Positions 25,219 to 38,278 of a stretch of 64,000 bases of DNA are shown piece by piece. The position numbers and the translations under genes are program-made. The stretch comes from Setoptus koraiensis (lineage: Eukaryota; Animalia; Arthropoda), in NCBI GenBank assembly GCA_048013815.1, contig CM106585.1, forward strand, positions 2,666,001-2,730,000, read 5' to 3'. Every line of letters begins with the position of its first letter. Within the stretch, counting starts at the first letter, position 1. The notes under the pieces are model-generated. The model worked only from the letters and a program-made list of their open reading frames with translations, had not been told where the DNA came from and made no database searches.

Positions 25219-28200
25219 AACGAATGAGCGAGTGATGCAACTACCGTGTTGAATATTGAACTAACTCTTGATTTAATTGAGATGATTGCAGGTTGCAGAA
25301 AATGCAAACGCATGTATTGTACGTGTTGAGTGATAGTTGTTTTTTCTGTGAATAAGCGTGTGGTGGTGCACCGAAGATTATGATGGCGTCTCGTAATGAA
25401 TTTGATGATTGAATGATGTAAGTACGAGGGTAGGACTTGAGTGATATCACTGTGATGGATAACACACGATTAGGTCGGCTTAGCTTAGAATAGTGTTTGT
25501 GATAATTAGCACATAAATAATGATGACACTTTGTGGTGCATTAATTCAGGCAAGCGTTTCAGTTAGTGATGATGTGTTGTCTAAATGATAATGATTGTGT
25601 CAAGGAAATGTTCGTATGTTTTCAAGACATCGTTTGTAGTATTATTAGTGAAACTGAACAATATATCAATTAAAGTTGTATGACATGTAGTTGTGTGGGC
25701 GTTAATTTTTACGACAAATTGATTTGACAATGACGGTGACATTAGGTTGGCAATTGGACAATATGGCAACTTGGGACGAAGCAAAATGTTGGCTAGTAGA
25801 AGAGTAATACTTGGAGTATAATAACAGCAGAATATTGTTGTTGGCCTAGTGTGGTTGTTAGTAGTAATAATTGCAGTTACTTGTGTGGTATAGCGTATTT
25901 ATGTATGCAAATGTCCATATGATGATTGCTGTTGGTGTAGATAAGATTTACGATGTAAACACATAAAATTATCATCAGTTTATGCGCATGAGTTGACAAT
26001 AAATAATAATAATAATATTGTTATTTTTGTTTTTGTCCCTATAGAGCACACATTAACATAGTGTCCGAGCGAGACTATGTGGCGCTGGCAGAGAGATGTT
26101 GTTGTTGTGGCGTCCGTGTTTGGCGCTATTGGCTACTATTGGCTGTTAGATTTGCTTGATAGATTGCGAATGTATTATTTGTGTGTATAAATATAGACAA
26201 TATTTTACAAGAAGAAAAATATTAATAATGATAATTGAATTGAAAATGCCGTTTGCAATCAACAATTGTGTGTTTGCGTTTGACTTGGCGATTGTAGCAT
26301 TACAATAGTTTGTTGATTGTTGTTCACCGAGCACTCTAACAAGCATGTGTGTTGTTGTGTGTGTGCAATATGATGAATATACACGGCATTATGTTGCTAT
26401 TGCTATTTGGTTGCACTCTGGAATCTAGATTTGTGTTGGCGGTAAGTGAATTGTATTTATCCGATTTCAGTTCCAATTAAAAGGGCCATCTATCTGTCTA
26501 TTTGGCGTATCTGTATCGATTGTGGGGGAACACACACACACACACAAACAAGTTTGATGAATACTATTCATTGAATAGTGGCGATGGTGATAATAAATAG
26601 AAATTGTGATAATAATAAATAATATGATGTGTGTTTCGGGCCGACGAGATTGGTTGTGGCGAAAGGTGTTGCAGTGGCCGGTTGTTGTGCGGCGCTGGTC
26701 GGTATGATGGCGCTGATCATCAGCGGCTGATGGGATGATCGAACGATGCTGGCCGAACCGTCGAACTAACACGACGACATGTGCATGCAATCACGAGCGA
26801 TGCGTCGGTGGCGGCAACGACAACGAGCACCGAATTAATGGCTGTATTCAATTTGCACAAATGCGTTCCGCGTCCAACGCACACACTCTCATGCACTTAT
26901 TTTATAGTTGTGGCACACACATGAATGGCCGAGAATCGAATCGAATTGTTTGCTTGCACTCGCTGGCATGGCTGCTGTTGGTATTAGTGCTATTAAGTAT
27001 TAGTGCACTCACTATAGGATGCTGTTGGATGGACACGACGATTAGGGAATAATTATGGCCGATGGGAGAAACACGCACTGACGAGACACAAGAATGTTTC
27101 AACAGCTCTCACTGTGCCAGAGTGACTCTGGTTGCTGCCATGGCCGCTCTGTCGTCGCGGCGGCACTTGAGTCGCGCGACTCAAGTGTGTGCGAGGCCAA
27201 CGTGTTGCAAGTTGCAGCCCTTGCCACTATCGAATCGCGAGTGGCGCTTGTGAGCCGATCGACTTTTCTATCCTTTTCGTCCCCTGGCCGCCGCTTGCCC
27301 CAACTCGCAGCCAACTGTGCGCCGGCTGTGCAATGGCTGCTGACAACGGCCGCTTGTGACTCACAGGTTGTGAGTCCCAACTTGTGAGTCCCAACCACAA
27401 GTTGCGACTCGCAAGCTGTGACTCGCGAGCTGTGAGTCGGCCAACCACAGTTGAGCCGACTCAATACAGGACGCGCACTTGCGCGACCCTCAATGTTGGG
27501 CCCCGCCCAAGCGCTCGTTGCAGCCGGTCGCTCGTTCGCTCGTAGGGCGGCTTGTGCAACCATTGCAAACAGTCTCGTCTCGTCAAATTGTGTGTGCGTG
27601 CTCAATACCACAATAGCTCTATAGCACAGTGGTACAACAAGCGCTTCCATTGTACCCATTAGTTGGTCTCATCGCAAGGAATTAGGAAGCGTCATTTGTT
27701 TCGGTAGTTAATCATTTGCGCAAGCACAAATACCCTCGACTGTGTGTGTGTCCGACTCTGGCCGGCGCTGTCTAAACGCGCCTGTCCGTCTAAACAAAGC
27801 GAACAATTTGCGACTCCACCGAACGACCGCACTCTGGCTGATTGCAGCGTGCGCACGAGCACTTGCCTCCGTACGACTCGCACGGACTCGACAACACGAG
27901 CGAACAAATTGGCGCACACTATCGAACAAACCCTGGTCACCCGCCAGTGGCATTAGAATAGAATTGTAATGCAATTGCCATTCGAATTAAAATAACCGAC
28001 TCACGGTGTACATTTCATTGAACTCGCCCCCTCTCGGCGGGATCGCGCGTTGCTGTCGTTTGTCCGATGGCGTTTGGAATGCCATTCGCATAAACCTTCG
28101 CAATGCAAAGTTTGCCTGATCCTTTGCACGTCCAGCACGATCAAGCCGCTTGATTCAAGGGCGCTCCACAGATTCCTGCTCCCAGCGGCATTCGCGAAGT

Positions 28201-28385
28201 CTCGGGGTGCTCAGGGAGCAGGAATTTGTGACTGCCAACCCAGTTGTTGACCTTCGGAGCGTTCGCTGTCTCCACAGATCGCGTTCCACATATCGTGGCT
28301 GCCTCTATGGTCCAATGCGTGCAGGTCCGCGTTGTTGGCGCTCTGTCAGTGACGACATTGCATGAATTCGCTCCACAAATTCTGA

Positions 28386-28405
28386 CAGCAACAGCAACAA
28401 CAACG

Positions 28406-28471
<66 letters not shown>

Positions 28472-28472
28472 G
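28386..28472. repeat. (CAA)n microsatellite
   Basis: About 28 triplets, nearly pure. Confidence 0.95.
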
Positions 28473-31400
28473 TCGGCGGCATTGACGTCACATCATTATA
28501 ATCGAAAGCGAAAACAACAATCAATGCATTCAGTGAGTGTAATGAGTTTTGGGTAGTCTCACCGAACAGCTGACAATTTTTGCATACGCGTGTCGCTCGG
28601 TGATGCCGATACAACGACCCGAGCAAACGCCAAACTATTGCCAAATTATCCACCTGAGGCTGGCTCGCGAACAGACAGGCATGCGTCAGCCATTGCCAGT
28701 GAGGCAACCAACATTTTAAATGCCATGTCTCAACGGCTTCCGATTTCAGCGGGCACACGCACACTCCTGTTGAATCACGCAGCTTGAATCACGTCACAGA
28801 GTTCCTGGGAATTCCATAAAGCATGACCACATTTAGTGTGCTGCAGCCTGTACTCTACAGGTAGCAGCGGTATACCTAGGTGGTGGCGATAATTTTCTCT
28901 TGTTGTCAAATCGTGTCGCTTCGTTGTCACTTCGCCACGGTTGTAACTGTCGTCGCCAACAGGCCACTTGCAATCGCTAATTCTAACGCCTGATTGCAAG
29001 ATCACATTGGGTTCGATCAACGGCGACAACAGCTCTAGACAATCAGAGAGGAGAGAATTACCATCAGAGATTGACTACTTGTCGCAGTCTGTCTTACTAC
29101 ATTAACTTTGGAGCTTAAACAAAGAATAACAACACAACCAAACAAACAACAACTTTCACTTATTTCGTTTTTTCGTTCTTCGATATGACGATCCAATTCG
29201 CTCACTTGCGGCCAAATCGCGATACTACTACCTATGGCTACATTTATCACTGCATTGGCACGCTTAAAATGCATTCACCTGTCAAATTCTGTCTCGCTGG
29301 TGTCGTAATAACAACAACAGCAATAAAACTGTACTACCGTTTAGCCATGAGCACGATCTGGGCACACACACGAGGTGTCAGCCTTGAGAGTTGGCTTGCT
29401 CTGACACTTGATATCATTTTACCTGATTGCTCCTCACTTTCAACAAGCAGCAAACAAAAACAATTCAGGCATGGCCACTAATCGGCAAACATGGCGCACA
29501 AAGATTATCTAGTGGCTAATCTCTCTGTGATAATTAAATACTCACAATGGATACAATATAAACACAAACAAAACATTTCGACGAGTCGCATTCTTAGCTA
29601 ATCATTAATAAATGGTATAAATGATCATAATAATAATGGCGATTATAGCATTCAGTTAAATATAGCTAGCCCAAGAGACCAAGATCAACAAAACAATCAA
29701 ACGAACAGACCAGCGTAAATCATTTTGACATTCATATCTGCTTGTGTGTAAACCAATGCGAGCAGATTTATTGACGAACAAATTGACGAACAAACGAACA
29801 ATCGGCCAACAAACTTACGAACGAACAAACAAACGAAATAAATACTAAACATTTAAATAGAATTACCACTAATTTACTGTCTGGGCTTGCGAACGCAATG
29901 CAAACAAATAGCTCGACCCTCATGGATGCAACAGTCTCATTCTCGATGCCCTAATTTTTGTCGTTAATCTAGTTTAACTGAATTCCTACCATAACCGATC
30001 CTAGCTTAACGCAAATGGTCCAATGGTGCCTAATTAAATAATGAAATCAATTAATCAGAAATAAAAATGCTTGACTGGACGGCTATCTATTCATTAATTG
30101 AGGGTGCTCGCGATTACAAAAAGTATACCCTCGATATTATAAATATATATATAAATATGATTTTTTGTTGTTCATTATAATATTGCCGGACCGGTAATAG
30201 TGCCAGTGGTTGCTATTGTGACACGCTTAAGATTAATGGGGCATGCTTCGTAGGTCTTGCATTACATGCGAGCGCTCATTAGGGCTAATTAGAAAACGAG
30301 CGACTTGGCTCTTATATACCATGGCAACATTTTGAAAAAGTTATTATCTAAAACAAGCGACTTTTCCAATGTGTTCACTCATTTACGTTGCTCATGCTGC
30401 TCTATTTAATGTACCGGAACCAATGAACATACACATGCGCACAACTTCCTGTCGGTCTATCGCTGATTGAAGCCATTAATGGGGATCGTATAAAGATCGC
30501 CATGAAAGAAGCGGCAACAAACTTAAGAGAGAGAGAGAGAGAGAGAGATATTGTCACAACTGGCCGATTCATTAATTTCTCTTTTCTTTTTATACCACTC
30601 TCTGACCAATACAATCAGTGGGTGTCCTATGTCATACGCTCGAAGTGTGTCAAACACCTGAGACCCCCTCATCGTATCCCCGTTCGATCATATATCATAG
30701 TAGTGACTTTTAACTTGTATGTATATGAACGTGTGTATGTCAGATTATCACCTGTCAGGCATAATATTTATATTTACTACATTGCACATCGAGGCAACAG
30801 TGTGACAGAACAGCCAGATTGTCGAGTGGGTTGACGATGATCAAATTAACTACCAAGCTAACCAAAGATGATAACCTTGTCTGCTACCTTATTTCCAGAA
30901 ACCAAACTTGTTGACACAAACGAACACAAACAAACACATACAAGTGGGATGATGTTCAATGCTCAACTTGAATTATCCGCACTACTATCTGATGATATTG
31001 TCAAAACTTGGTAGAGATCGAGCAAAGCACTTTGGCAACTCTCTTTTCCTCAACCTGTCACATATCGGTTATTTAGATCAGTGGTAACTTATTTGATTGT
31101 CATAACTTTTTTTCTTCTTCTTTCTCTCTGTCTCTCTCCTCATGTTGCCATTACTGTCTTAACTTTACCTATTTGCTTGTTTGATGGCTCTTGCTTTTTT
31201 TTTGTTTGTACCGCACTCGTGCTACATACAATATATACAACTTGTAATCAGTCGTGTGTCTTAAAATGGGCGTATTTTATAGGAATTCACTCTCAAGCCG
31301 TTGGATATTTTCATGTCAAGTAGGCCTCACTTAGATGGTCATCAGGAAATGATAGTATTAGAGATCAAGATTGACCATTTCATTAGATAGTGATGAAACA

Positions 31401-34400
31401 TGCACATGCAACGCGATAGAGAGAGAGGGAGAGAGACATATTCAGTGCCCGAAGCAAGTTAGCTGTTTTCTCTCTCACTGGGCTTCTCATACTACCACTG
31501 TAGTAAATAACAAATAAGCTCATTAGAGTGCTGGTCGTGATATAATACATTCGGAAACCACATCACCTTTGTTAGAACAACAAACTCTCAATGGGTCACA
31601 CTTCAACCAGGTCTAGGCTAGTTGCTTCGTAGTTCCACATAGATAATGCATAGTTAATGCAAGCGCAGTTAGTGTTGCTGTTATTGGTTGGTCAGGTTAA
31701 GAGAGAAAGAGCTGAAAGAAGAAAACCGAAATGAAATGAAATAAAATAAAAAATGGTAAAAATAAAAGTTATCTAACATTTTTATCACTCGTGAACATCT
31801 AATCATCGTCCATCGGCTAAGTTTGGTCAGATCGCTAACATGGACAATCTTTGTATAATAAGTTAACTAGCAGCTGAATTTCAATGTAGACTTTTGAAAA
31901 TCATCTTCTTTCATCTTGACCAATATAATTTCAGATTGGTTAAGAGGCATAGAGTTAGACCAGTTGATCGAGCAACTGTTGATAGCTCTTGATTATAAAA
32001 CTACCTCTCTCTCATTGCACACAAGTAGATAAAGAACTCGCCACCACTCGATCAATTAATTAATTCGTTCTACTATAGTCGCTTTAAGAGAGTGCTCAAA
32101 CTAATGTGTATCACAAATAACCAATGATTTGAGTCCAAGTCCGTCTGTCGAGCAAATCATGTAGAAATCATTTCTGAATGTAATAAAAAATGAGTGACGC
32201 AAGAAAAACTATTTTTCTATCTAATCGTATATTTTAATTCAATCAATTATGTATCTGAAATGTGTGCAAATGAACAGCAACGCTAACTAGCAACACTAAC
32301 TGGCAACACCAACTAGCAACACTAGAGATCTGGCCTAACCTTTTTGTCCAATAAGAAATACTAGTTTGGCCGTGTTAACCTTGAATGATTGCTAATAGCA
32401 GTATTACTTCTGGCCTATTAGATCATTTCCTTTAATCGCCACGCTACGGTAGGCCTAGTTGTCCTATTGATTGATACATTCATCGAATCGCTATATATGT
32501 ATGTTGTACTAGTATATATTTAGAGATGGAGTGTTAGAAAAAGGGACAAGGCAAGGGAGTTTAAGTTTGAATCAGAGTTCGAGTTCGAATTGGAAGATAA
32601 AATAACGCCAATAATCGATTATGCAAATGGTACAGGCAAGGTTTGAGTAAAAATTCAGTTTGTTTGTGAGACCAATTAGCGGTCTATTTAAAAGAGCTCT
32701 GGGTCTCTTTGGTTTGCTTCACCACCTCTTGGCAAGGTACGACTGGCAAGGTGGAAATAGTAGTAGTAGTAGGTTTAGCAAGTGTGATGCAAATCGTTTG
32801 TTAATAGTTATACTAAAATGAAACTTGCTCAATTTGACAAGCGCCCACCTATTCAAATAAGTGCATCTGAACAGCCAGAACGCATTTGGTGCACAATCCT
32901 AGGGGCAATTGATTTCATAAAGTAATTATTACGCTGGTGGAGATAAACAACGTAACCGATACTGATTAACAGCAATAGCAACATTGCTGATAGTTAATTC
33001 GCAACAATCTAAAACAATTGTTTTGAGCATATACCCGATCAACTGTCAGTAATTGGTTGCTTCGTTTGTGCATACATTACATGTAATATTTCGTACTATG
33101 CGACTCACTATTGATACTTCCTTTATTATTACGAATGCAATTGGCTACCTATCATGAGAACAGTTCCAGTTAGACATGATGCCTTCAATCAAAACAAAGG
33201 CAATCATTTTTATTTCTTGTCTCTGTCTCTATCTAACTGACTTTTTTGATAAATCTTGGCGACAAATGAGCGTCATTTGGATAATCTGTCCTGTAAATAG
33301 TCAAGTAGCGAGTATTAGAATCAAGTGGAAATCCAATAACATGGTAGGAGGTAGTAATTGCAGTATTAGCTGGACGATCCACTTGAAAGCGGGCGGCCGA
33401 ACCTCCCACAATATCTAAGTGCCATTAACTAGCCAATTTTTGTTGCTATCAATTACAATAGATTAAGTTAGTGCTAGATTGATTGATAATATTGGATAGT
33501 CGATAAGGAAGGACGATTGCCGCCCCCATTCTGATAATGCATCTTGATACAGTAAATCAAGAAGGTATATCTGTCTCCGTGTTGGTAGTGACTTTTGTTG
33601 TCTTCGTCCTCGTCGTCGTTGTTGTTGTTGCTGCTGCTGTTGTTACTGTTGTTGTTGTGTAGTGACCAGACACTGAGAATTGTATCGGCTGGTTGGTTGG
33701 AAAAAGTAGAAATTGTAGAAACGAGTCTGTGAGAGCTACTTGATGATAACATAGATAAATGAACAGAAGAAGATAAAGAAAGTGATCCAAGATTATTGAT
33801 CGATAAGCCGAAGCAGTCTGTCTATTCTGTTAACTAAAACCTGGCTCTTTCCTTCATTGTGCAACCTAAATGGACTCATGCCAATGATCAGCCATTTTTC
33901 TCATAGAAATGTGATCATCTTCTCCTTGTCCATTGTTGTTCCTCTCTCTCTCTCGCTCCCCTCTCTCTCTCTCTCTTGGCTATTCTTGCACTAATGGCCA
34001 TCATCAGCTAATGGACAGCTTGCAAAATCGTCCATCGTTTCTACATGCATACCGATGATCACTTTCATTCGATAAACAAAGTAGTGCAATTGCGCAAACA
34101 GCGCAATATCATTGAATAAGTAGTAATTAACATTGTAAGTGCAAGAAGCCTACCGAGCAACCAGTTAATATCGATCAATTGGACCAACATTAAATAGTGT
34201 CTACACAGTGTCGGCTAGTTATTGTATAATCTAGCTTGACACTCAAACAAAAAATAACACACTAACGTCCACTCCAAAGCCTTTATTCTTTTTTTTTACC
34301 GCCAATCCACTACTTTTTGTTACTTTGGCGTTTCTTTTTTTGTTCACATATTTGTCCATTCGCATTCAATTCATTCCTAACATGAATGAAATATTTATTA

Positions 34401-35746
34401 TCATCAGCATAAATCTCTTATGTCCACCAGTTCAAGCACATTGTTGTTCTCGACAGCTCATTGTTATAATTGTGTAAATATGCACGTTTTATAACACTAA
34501 CCTCTATTATGTCAGGTATTCATGTTATAAATTCATGTTTATATCGCATCGGTAGAGCTGGTACACATCCATAATAAATATCGTGATAACATATTGGCGT
34601 GCACTAGGAAAGTAGATCAAGTAAAAGTTTGTTTGATCTTGATTTTGTCTACTCTTCATTCATCATCGACACCTGTTACAGAACTGTTTCTTTTTCTTCT
34701 CTGCTATACCAATGCTTTGTAGGTGAATGTCAAACTCACAAAGTTGTCAGTTTGTCGGTATCTACGAGAATACTCTACTTATACTCAAATCTGAGAGTTC
34801 ATAAACCTATCCAACATTTATAAACAGTCAGATTTGAAGTGTATTTGCCTGTTTGCATACTACACTTGATCAACATTCAAATTTAATTTATCCGACGGGA
34901 CACAGATCGACGGCAATCTTTGTCGGTGAATTTTGTTTTCCATCCTAGTTAGATGATCCGAATGGCAACTGTAGCTACAATTCTTCAACGAAGACATTGT
35001 ATGAGTTACTATGAGATTCAAACCTATTCCAGCGAATTCTTTGTCGCAACAATCGTAAATGCAAGTATCATAGTATTTAATGATATTGCTAATCGATTCA
35101 TTTGAATTATATTCAGAGATGCAGCATCAACTGATGTATTTTTCTGCCATTCTTATGATACAACATTACATTCAACAAACCTATTGCTTGAAGATAGTGG
35201 AACAAAATGCTCGGTTGAAAGATACAAGGATGTCCGAAGTGTGATATTTCGAGAAGCGATCGCAATAATTTTCGAATCACGCACAGATAAAAGAGGCCGA
35301 AGGTCGTCAAATTATAGGTGATCTAACGATTTTTTTAACGAAGCTTAGATCTTTCATGGATAGGGCGTAGAATTGCGCTCGAACCAAGCTAAGTGATTGC
35401 CATGGTAGCTAAAGTATTTAGACCAATCGAGAATCCAGGCTATTACTCGAACCCGGCAAAAGTAGGGATACGTTTTGCCTGGTCAGTTCAAAATCTGAGG
35501 TTTTAAATGAGGGAGGTCCCCTTGTTAGGAACCACTTTAGGTCCGGCTCTAGTTCGACATGAGAATACGAGCCATCAATTAATTAACATAAGATCGAAGT
35601 GAGATGCATTATTGGCCTTCGTTAATTGTCGAAGTTACTGGCGAGGATGGGGAGCTACCCGTAGGTATAGCATTTCTGCACCTCCTCCAATCACTAAAGG
35701 AATTTTCGAGTTCGAAAATGGCGCTTCAATTTTCTGTGGATGACAA

Positions 35747-35760
35747 TTGGCGCGCGAAAA
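35747..35760. promoter_or_regulatory. E2F/DP binding site upstream of MCM5
   Basis: TTGGCGCGCGAAAA (TTTTCGCGCG on the minus strand) about 240 bp upstream of the MCM5 ATG. MCM genes are established E2F targets. Confidence 0.6.
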
Positions 35761-35996
35761 ATCTTTTGTTGTTGTGTGACAATGTAAATGCCCCATATAA
35801 GTGTATCGGAATCAAGTTAAATGCCTGCCAGGTGTTGAGGCCAAACATCGCCGTCCGAATTGATTGTTACTTTTAATAAGCTATTTTAATTCATAAGAAT
35901 TTTTACATTATTACAACGCTATTGCTGGTAAACTTTTTAAATCTACCCATAAAAAAACTCGAACACAAAATACAACTTGTTGATCTAACAACAAAT

Positions 35997-38246
35997 ATGC
36001 CTGTATCAACAAATAATGTCTATCATATGAGTACCTTTGGTGGCGAGCATGCCATGTCCGCCGAGGATGACTCAAGACATCTCAAAGAAAGATTCAGAAC
36101 TTTCCTACGCGAGTACCACGAGGGCAACTACGAGTATAAGTACAGAGATCAATTGAGGGACCACTTTAACCTAGGAGAATACTGGATAGACATTAGTCTC
36201 GAGGATTTAGATTCGTTTGACGAGGTTTTGTCAGACAAGCTCAAGAAAAATCCGACAAAATTGATGGATCTATTCGAAGTAGCTGCAACAGAGGTGGCAG
36301 ATGAGGTAACTCGACCGAGAAAAGAGGGATTTGAAACGGTACCAGACATACAAGTTATGATACACTCGGTTAGCATTGCCACAGGTTTGCGCGACTTGAG
36401 ATCAGATCTTGTGTCAAAGTTGGTCACAGTGTCCGGAATCATCGTTAATGCGTCACAAGTTAAGGCCAAAGCGACAAGTATTACATTACAATGTACAGGA
36501 TGCAGAGATACGGTGGCCAACATCCAAATAAAGAGAGGACTAGATGGATACAATCTACCTAGAAAGTGCCCCAATCGTGACGATTCTGCAGGAACAAGGG
36601 TCAACAGATGTCCTCTGGACCCCTATTATATCATGCCAGAAAAGTCTAAATGCATTGATTTTCAGACGCTCAAATTACAGGAGCTACCCGAGGACATACC
36701 TCAAGGTGGTATGCCTCGTCATCTAAAGCTGTACTGTGATCGTTATTTATGTGACAAGTTTGTACCAGGTAATCGTGTTACCTTGTTTGGTACTTTTGCT
36801 ATTATAAAAGTAGGTAAATCATCATCTCAAAACTCCACAGGAGCTGAGGCAAACGTTAAAGTAGGTTTGAGATCATCTTACCTTCAAGTCATCGGCTACA
36901 AGATTGATACCATGGGACCAGGTCACACTTCAACCATTCCATACACACCAGACGAAGAGGAAGAGTTTAGAATCTTGTCCTCTAGTAAAGACGCGTACAA
37001 AAAGATAACCTCTTCAATAGCGCCGTCCATCTTCGGTTTTGACGATGTTAAGAAGGCAGTCGCTTGTTTGCTTTTCGCAGGCTCTATGAAATTACTGCCA
37101 GACGGTACCCGTCGTCGTGGAGATATAAATGTCCTTCTTTTGGGTGACCCCGGTACGGCTAAAAGTCAAATCTTGAAGTTTGTTGAACAAGTGGCGCCCA
37201 TCGGTGTCTATACATCAGGAAAAGGAAGTAGTGCTGCTGGTCTAACAGCATCTGTCATCAGAGATTCTAGTAACAGGAGTTTCGCCATTGAAGGGGGAGC
37301 TATGGTATTGGCTGACGGTGGTGTTGTTTGCATCGACGAGTTTGACAAGATGAGAGAAGACGATAGAGTTGCCATACATGAAGCTATGGAGCAGCAGACT
37401 ATATCCATTGCCAAAGCAGGAATTACAGTCACATTAAACTCTAGGTGTGCAGTCTTAGCGGCCGCTAATTCCGTCCATGGACGTTGGGATGACTATAGGA
37501 GCGATGAAGATAACATTGATTTTATGCCCACCATTTTGTCCAGGTTCGATATGATATTTGTCATAAAAGACAAGCAAGATTATGCGTCGGATGTTCTCAA
37601 AGCTAAGCACGTTTTTGGTGTACATATTGGAGCTGATTCAATTTCAACTGAACAAAGCTCTGAGTTGTCTCTGGATTTTCTCAAGAAGTATATCGCGTTT
37701 TGTAGATCTAAAGTTGGACCGAGAGTCTCTGAAGCAGCTGGCAAAAAATTGGTCGACAAGTATGTTGAAATGAGGAATGGTCCTCCTCCGACCGAGGGAA
37801 CAACTCAAGAAGAGCAAGATGAACAGAAGAAACATGAGAAGAAATCCGTAATTCCCATTACAGTTAGACAATTGGAAGCTACAATTAGGATCTCAGAGGC
37901 TTTGGCCAAAATGGAACTCAAACCATTTGCGAATGAAAAGCATATCGAAGAAGCTTTACGACTATTTAAAGAGTCCACCTTGAAGGCAGCTCACTCCGGT
38001 CAATTGACCGGTGCCGAAGGCTTCACAACTGACAAAGAAAGAGAAACAATGAACACAATAGAAAAACTTATCAAGAGACGCTTGAGTTATGGCCTATTGA
38101 TCAACGAAGATGCCTTAGTCAGCGAGTTTGTGAATAAGCGTCACGACGTCAGATTGGTCAAGCTAGTGTTAATGCAACTCATCAAGACAAATGTATTAAC
38201 TAGAAAGGGAGCGCCCAGAGGAAAACTAGTATGCTGTCAGAAATAA
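35997..38246 (+). CDS. MCM5: DNA replication licensing factor MCM5, intronless, about 749 aa
   Basis: Zn-binding CTGC...C, FQTLKLQELPEDIPQGGMPRH, Walker A GDPGTAKS, Walker B IDEFDKM, SRFD arginine finger, PITVRQLEA. First ATG is at 35997 (the ORF track starts at a TTG). Confidence 0.96.
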   Translation: MPVSTNNVYHMSTFGGEHAMSAEDDSRHLKERFRTFLREYHEGNYEYKYRDQLRDHFNLGEYWIDISLEDLDSFDEVLSDKLKKNPTKLMDLFEVAATEVADEVTRPRKEGFETVPDIQVMIHSVSIATGLRDLRSDLVSKLVTVSGIIVNASQVKAKATSITLQCTGCRDTVANIQIKRGLDGYNLPRKCPNRDDSAGTRVNRCPLDPYYIMPEKSKCIDFQTLKLQELPEDIPQGGMPRHLKLYCDRYLCDKFVPGNRVTLFGTFAIIKVGKSSSQNSTGAEANVKVGLRSSYLQVIGYKIDTMGPGHTSTIPYTPDEEEEFRILSSSKDAYKKITSSIAPSIFGFDDVKKAVACLLFAGSMKLLPDGTRRRGDINVLLLGDPGTAKSQILKFVEQVAPIGVYTSGKGSSAAGLTASVIRDSSNRSFAIEGGAMVLADGGVVCIDEFDKMREDDRVAIHEAMEQQTISIAKAGITVTLNSRCAVLAAANSVHGRWDDYRSDEDNIDFMPTILSRFDMIFVIKDKQDYASDVLKAKHVFGVHIGADSISTEQSSELSLDFLKKYIAFCRSKVGPRVSEAAGKKLVDKYVEMRNGPPPTEGTTQEEQDEQKKHEKKSVIPITVRQLEATIRISEALAKMELKPFANEKHIEEALRLFKESTLKAAHSGQLTGAEGFTTDKERETMNTIEKLIKRRLSYGLLINEDALVSEFVNKRHDVRLVKLVLMQLIKTNVLTRKGAPRGKLVCCQK

Positions 38247-38278
38247 AAATTCAAACATCTTGGTTGATCGTTTCTTAA

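Noticed and set aside
32336-32346. CCTAACCT followed by a T-run as a telomerase RNA template
   Set aside because: An 8-mer expected by chance; it lies directly at a putative terminator with no supporting structure.
34950-35320. Possible small spliced plus-strand gene upstream of MCM5
   Set aside because: Plausible donor and acceptor, but the peptide has no recognisable homology and there is no independent support.
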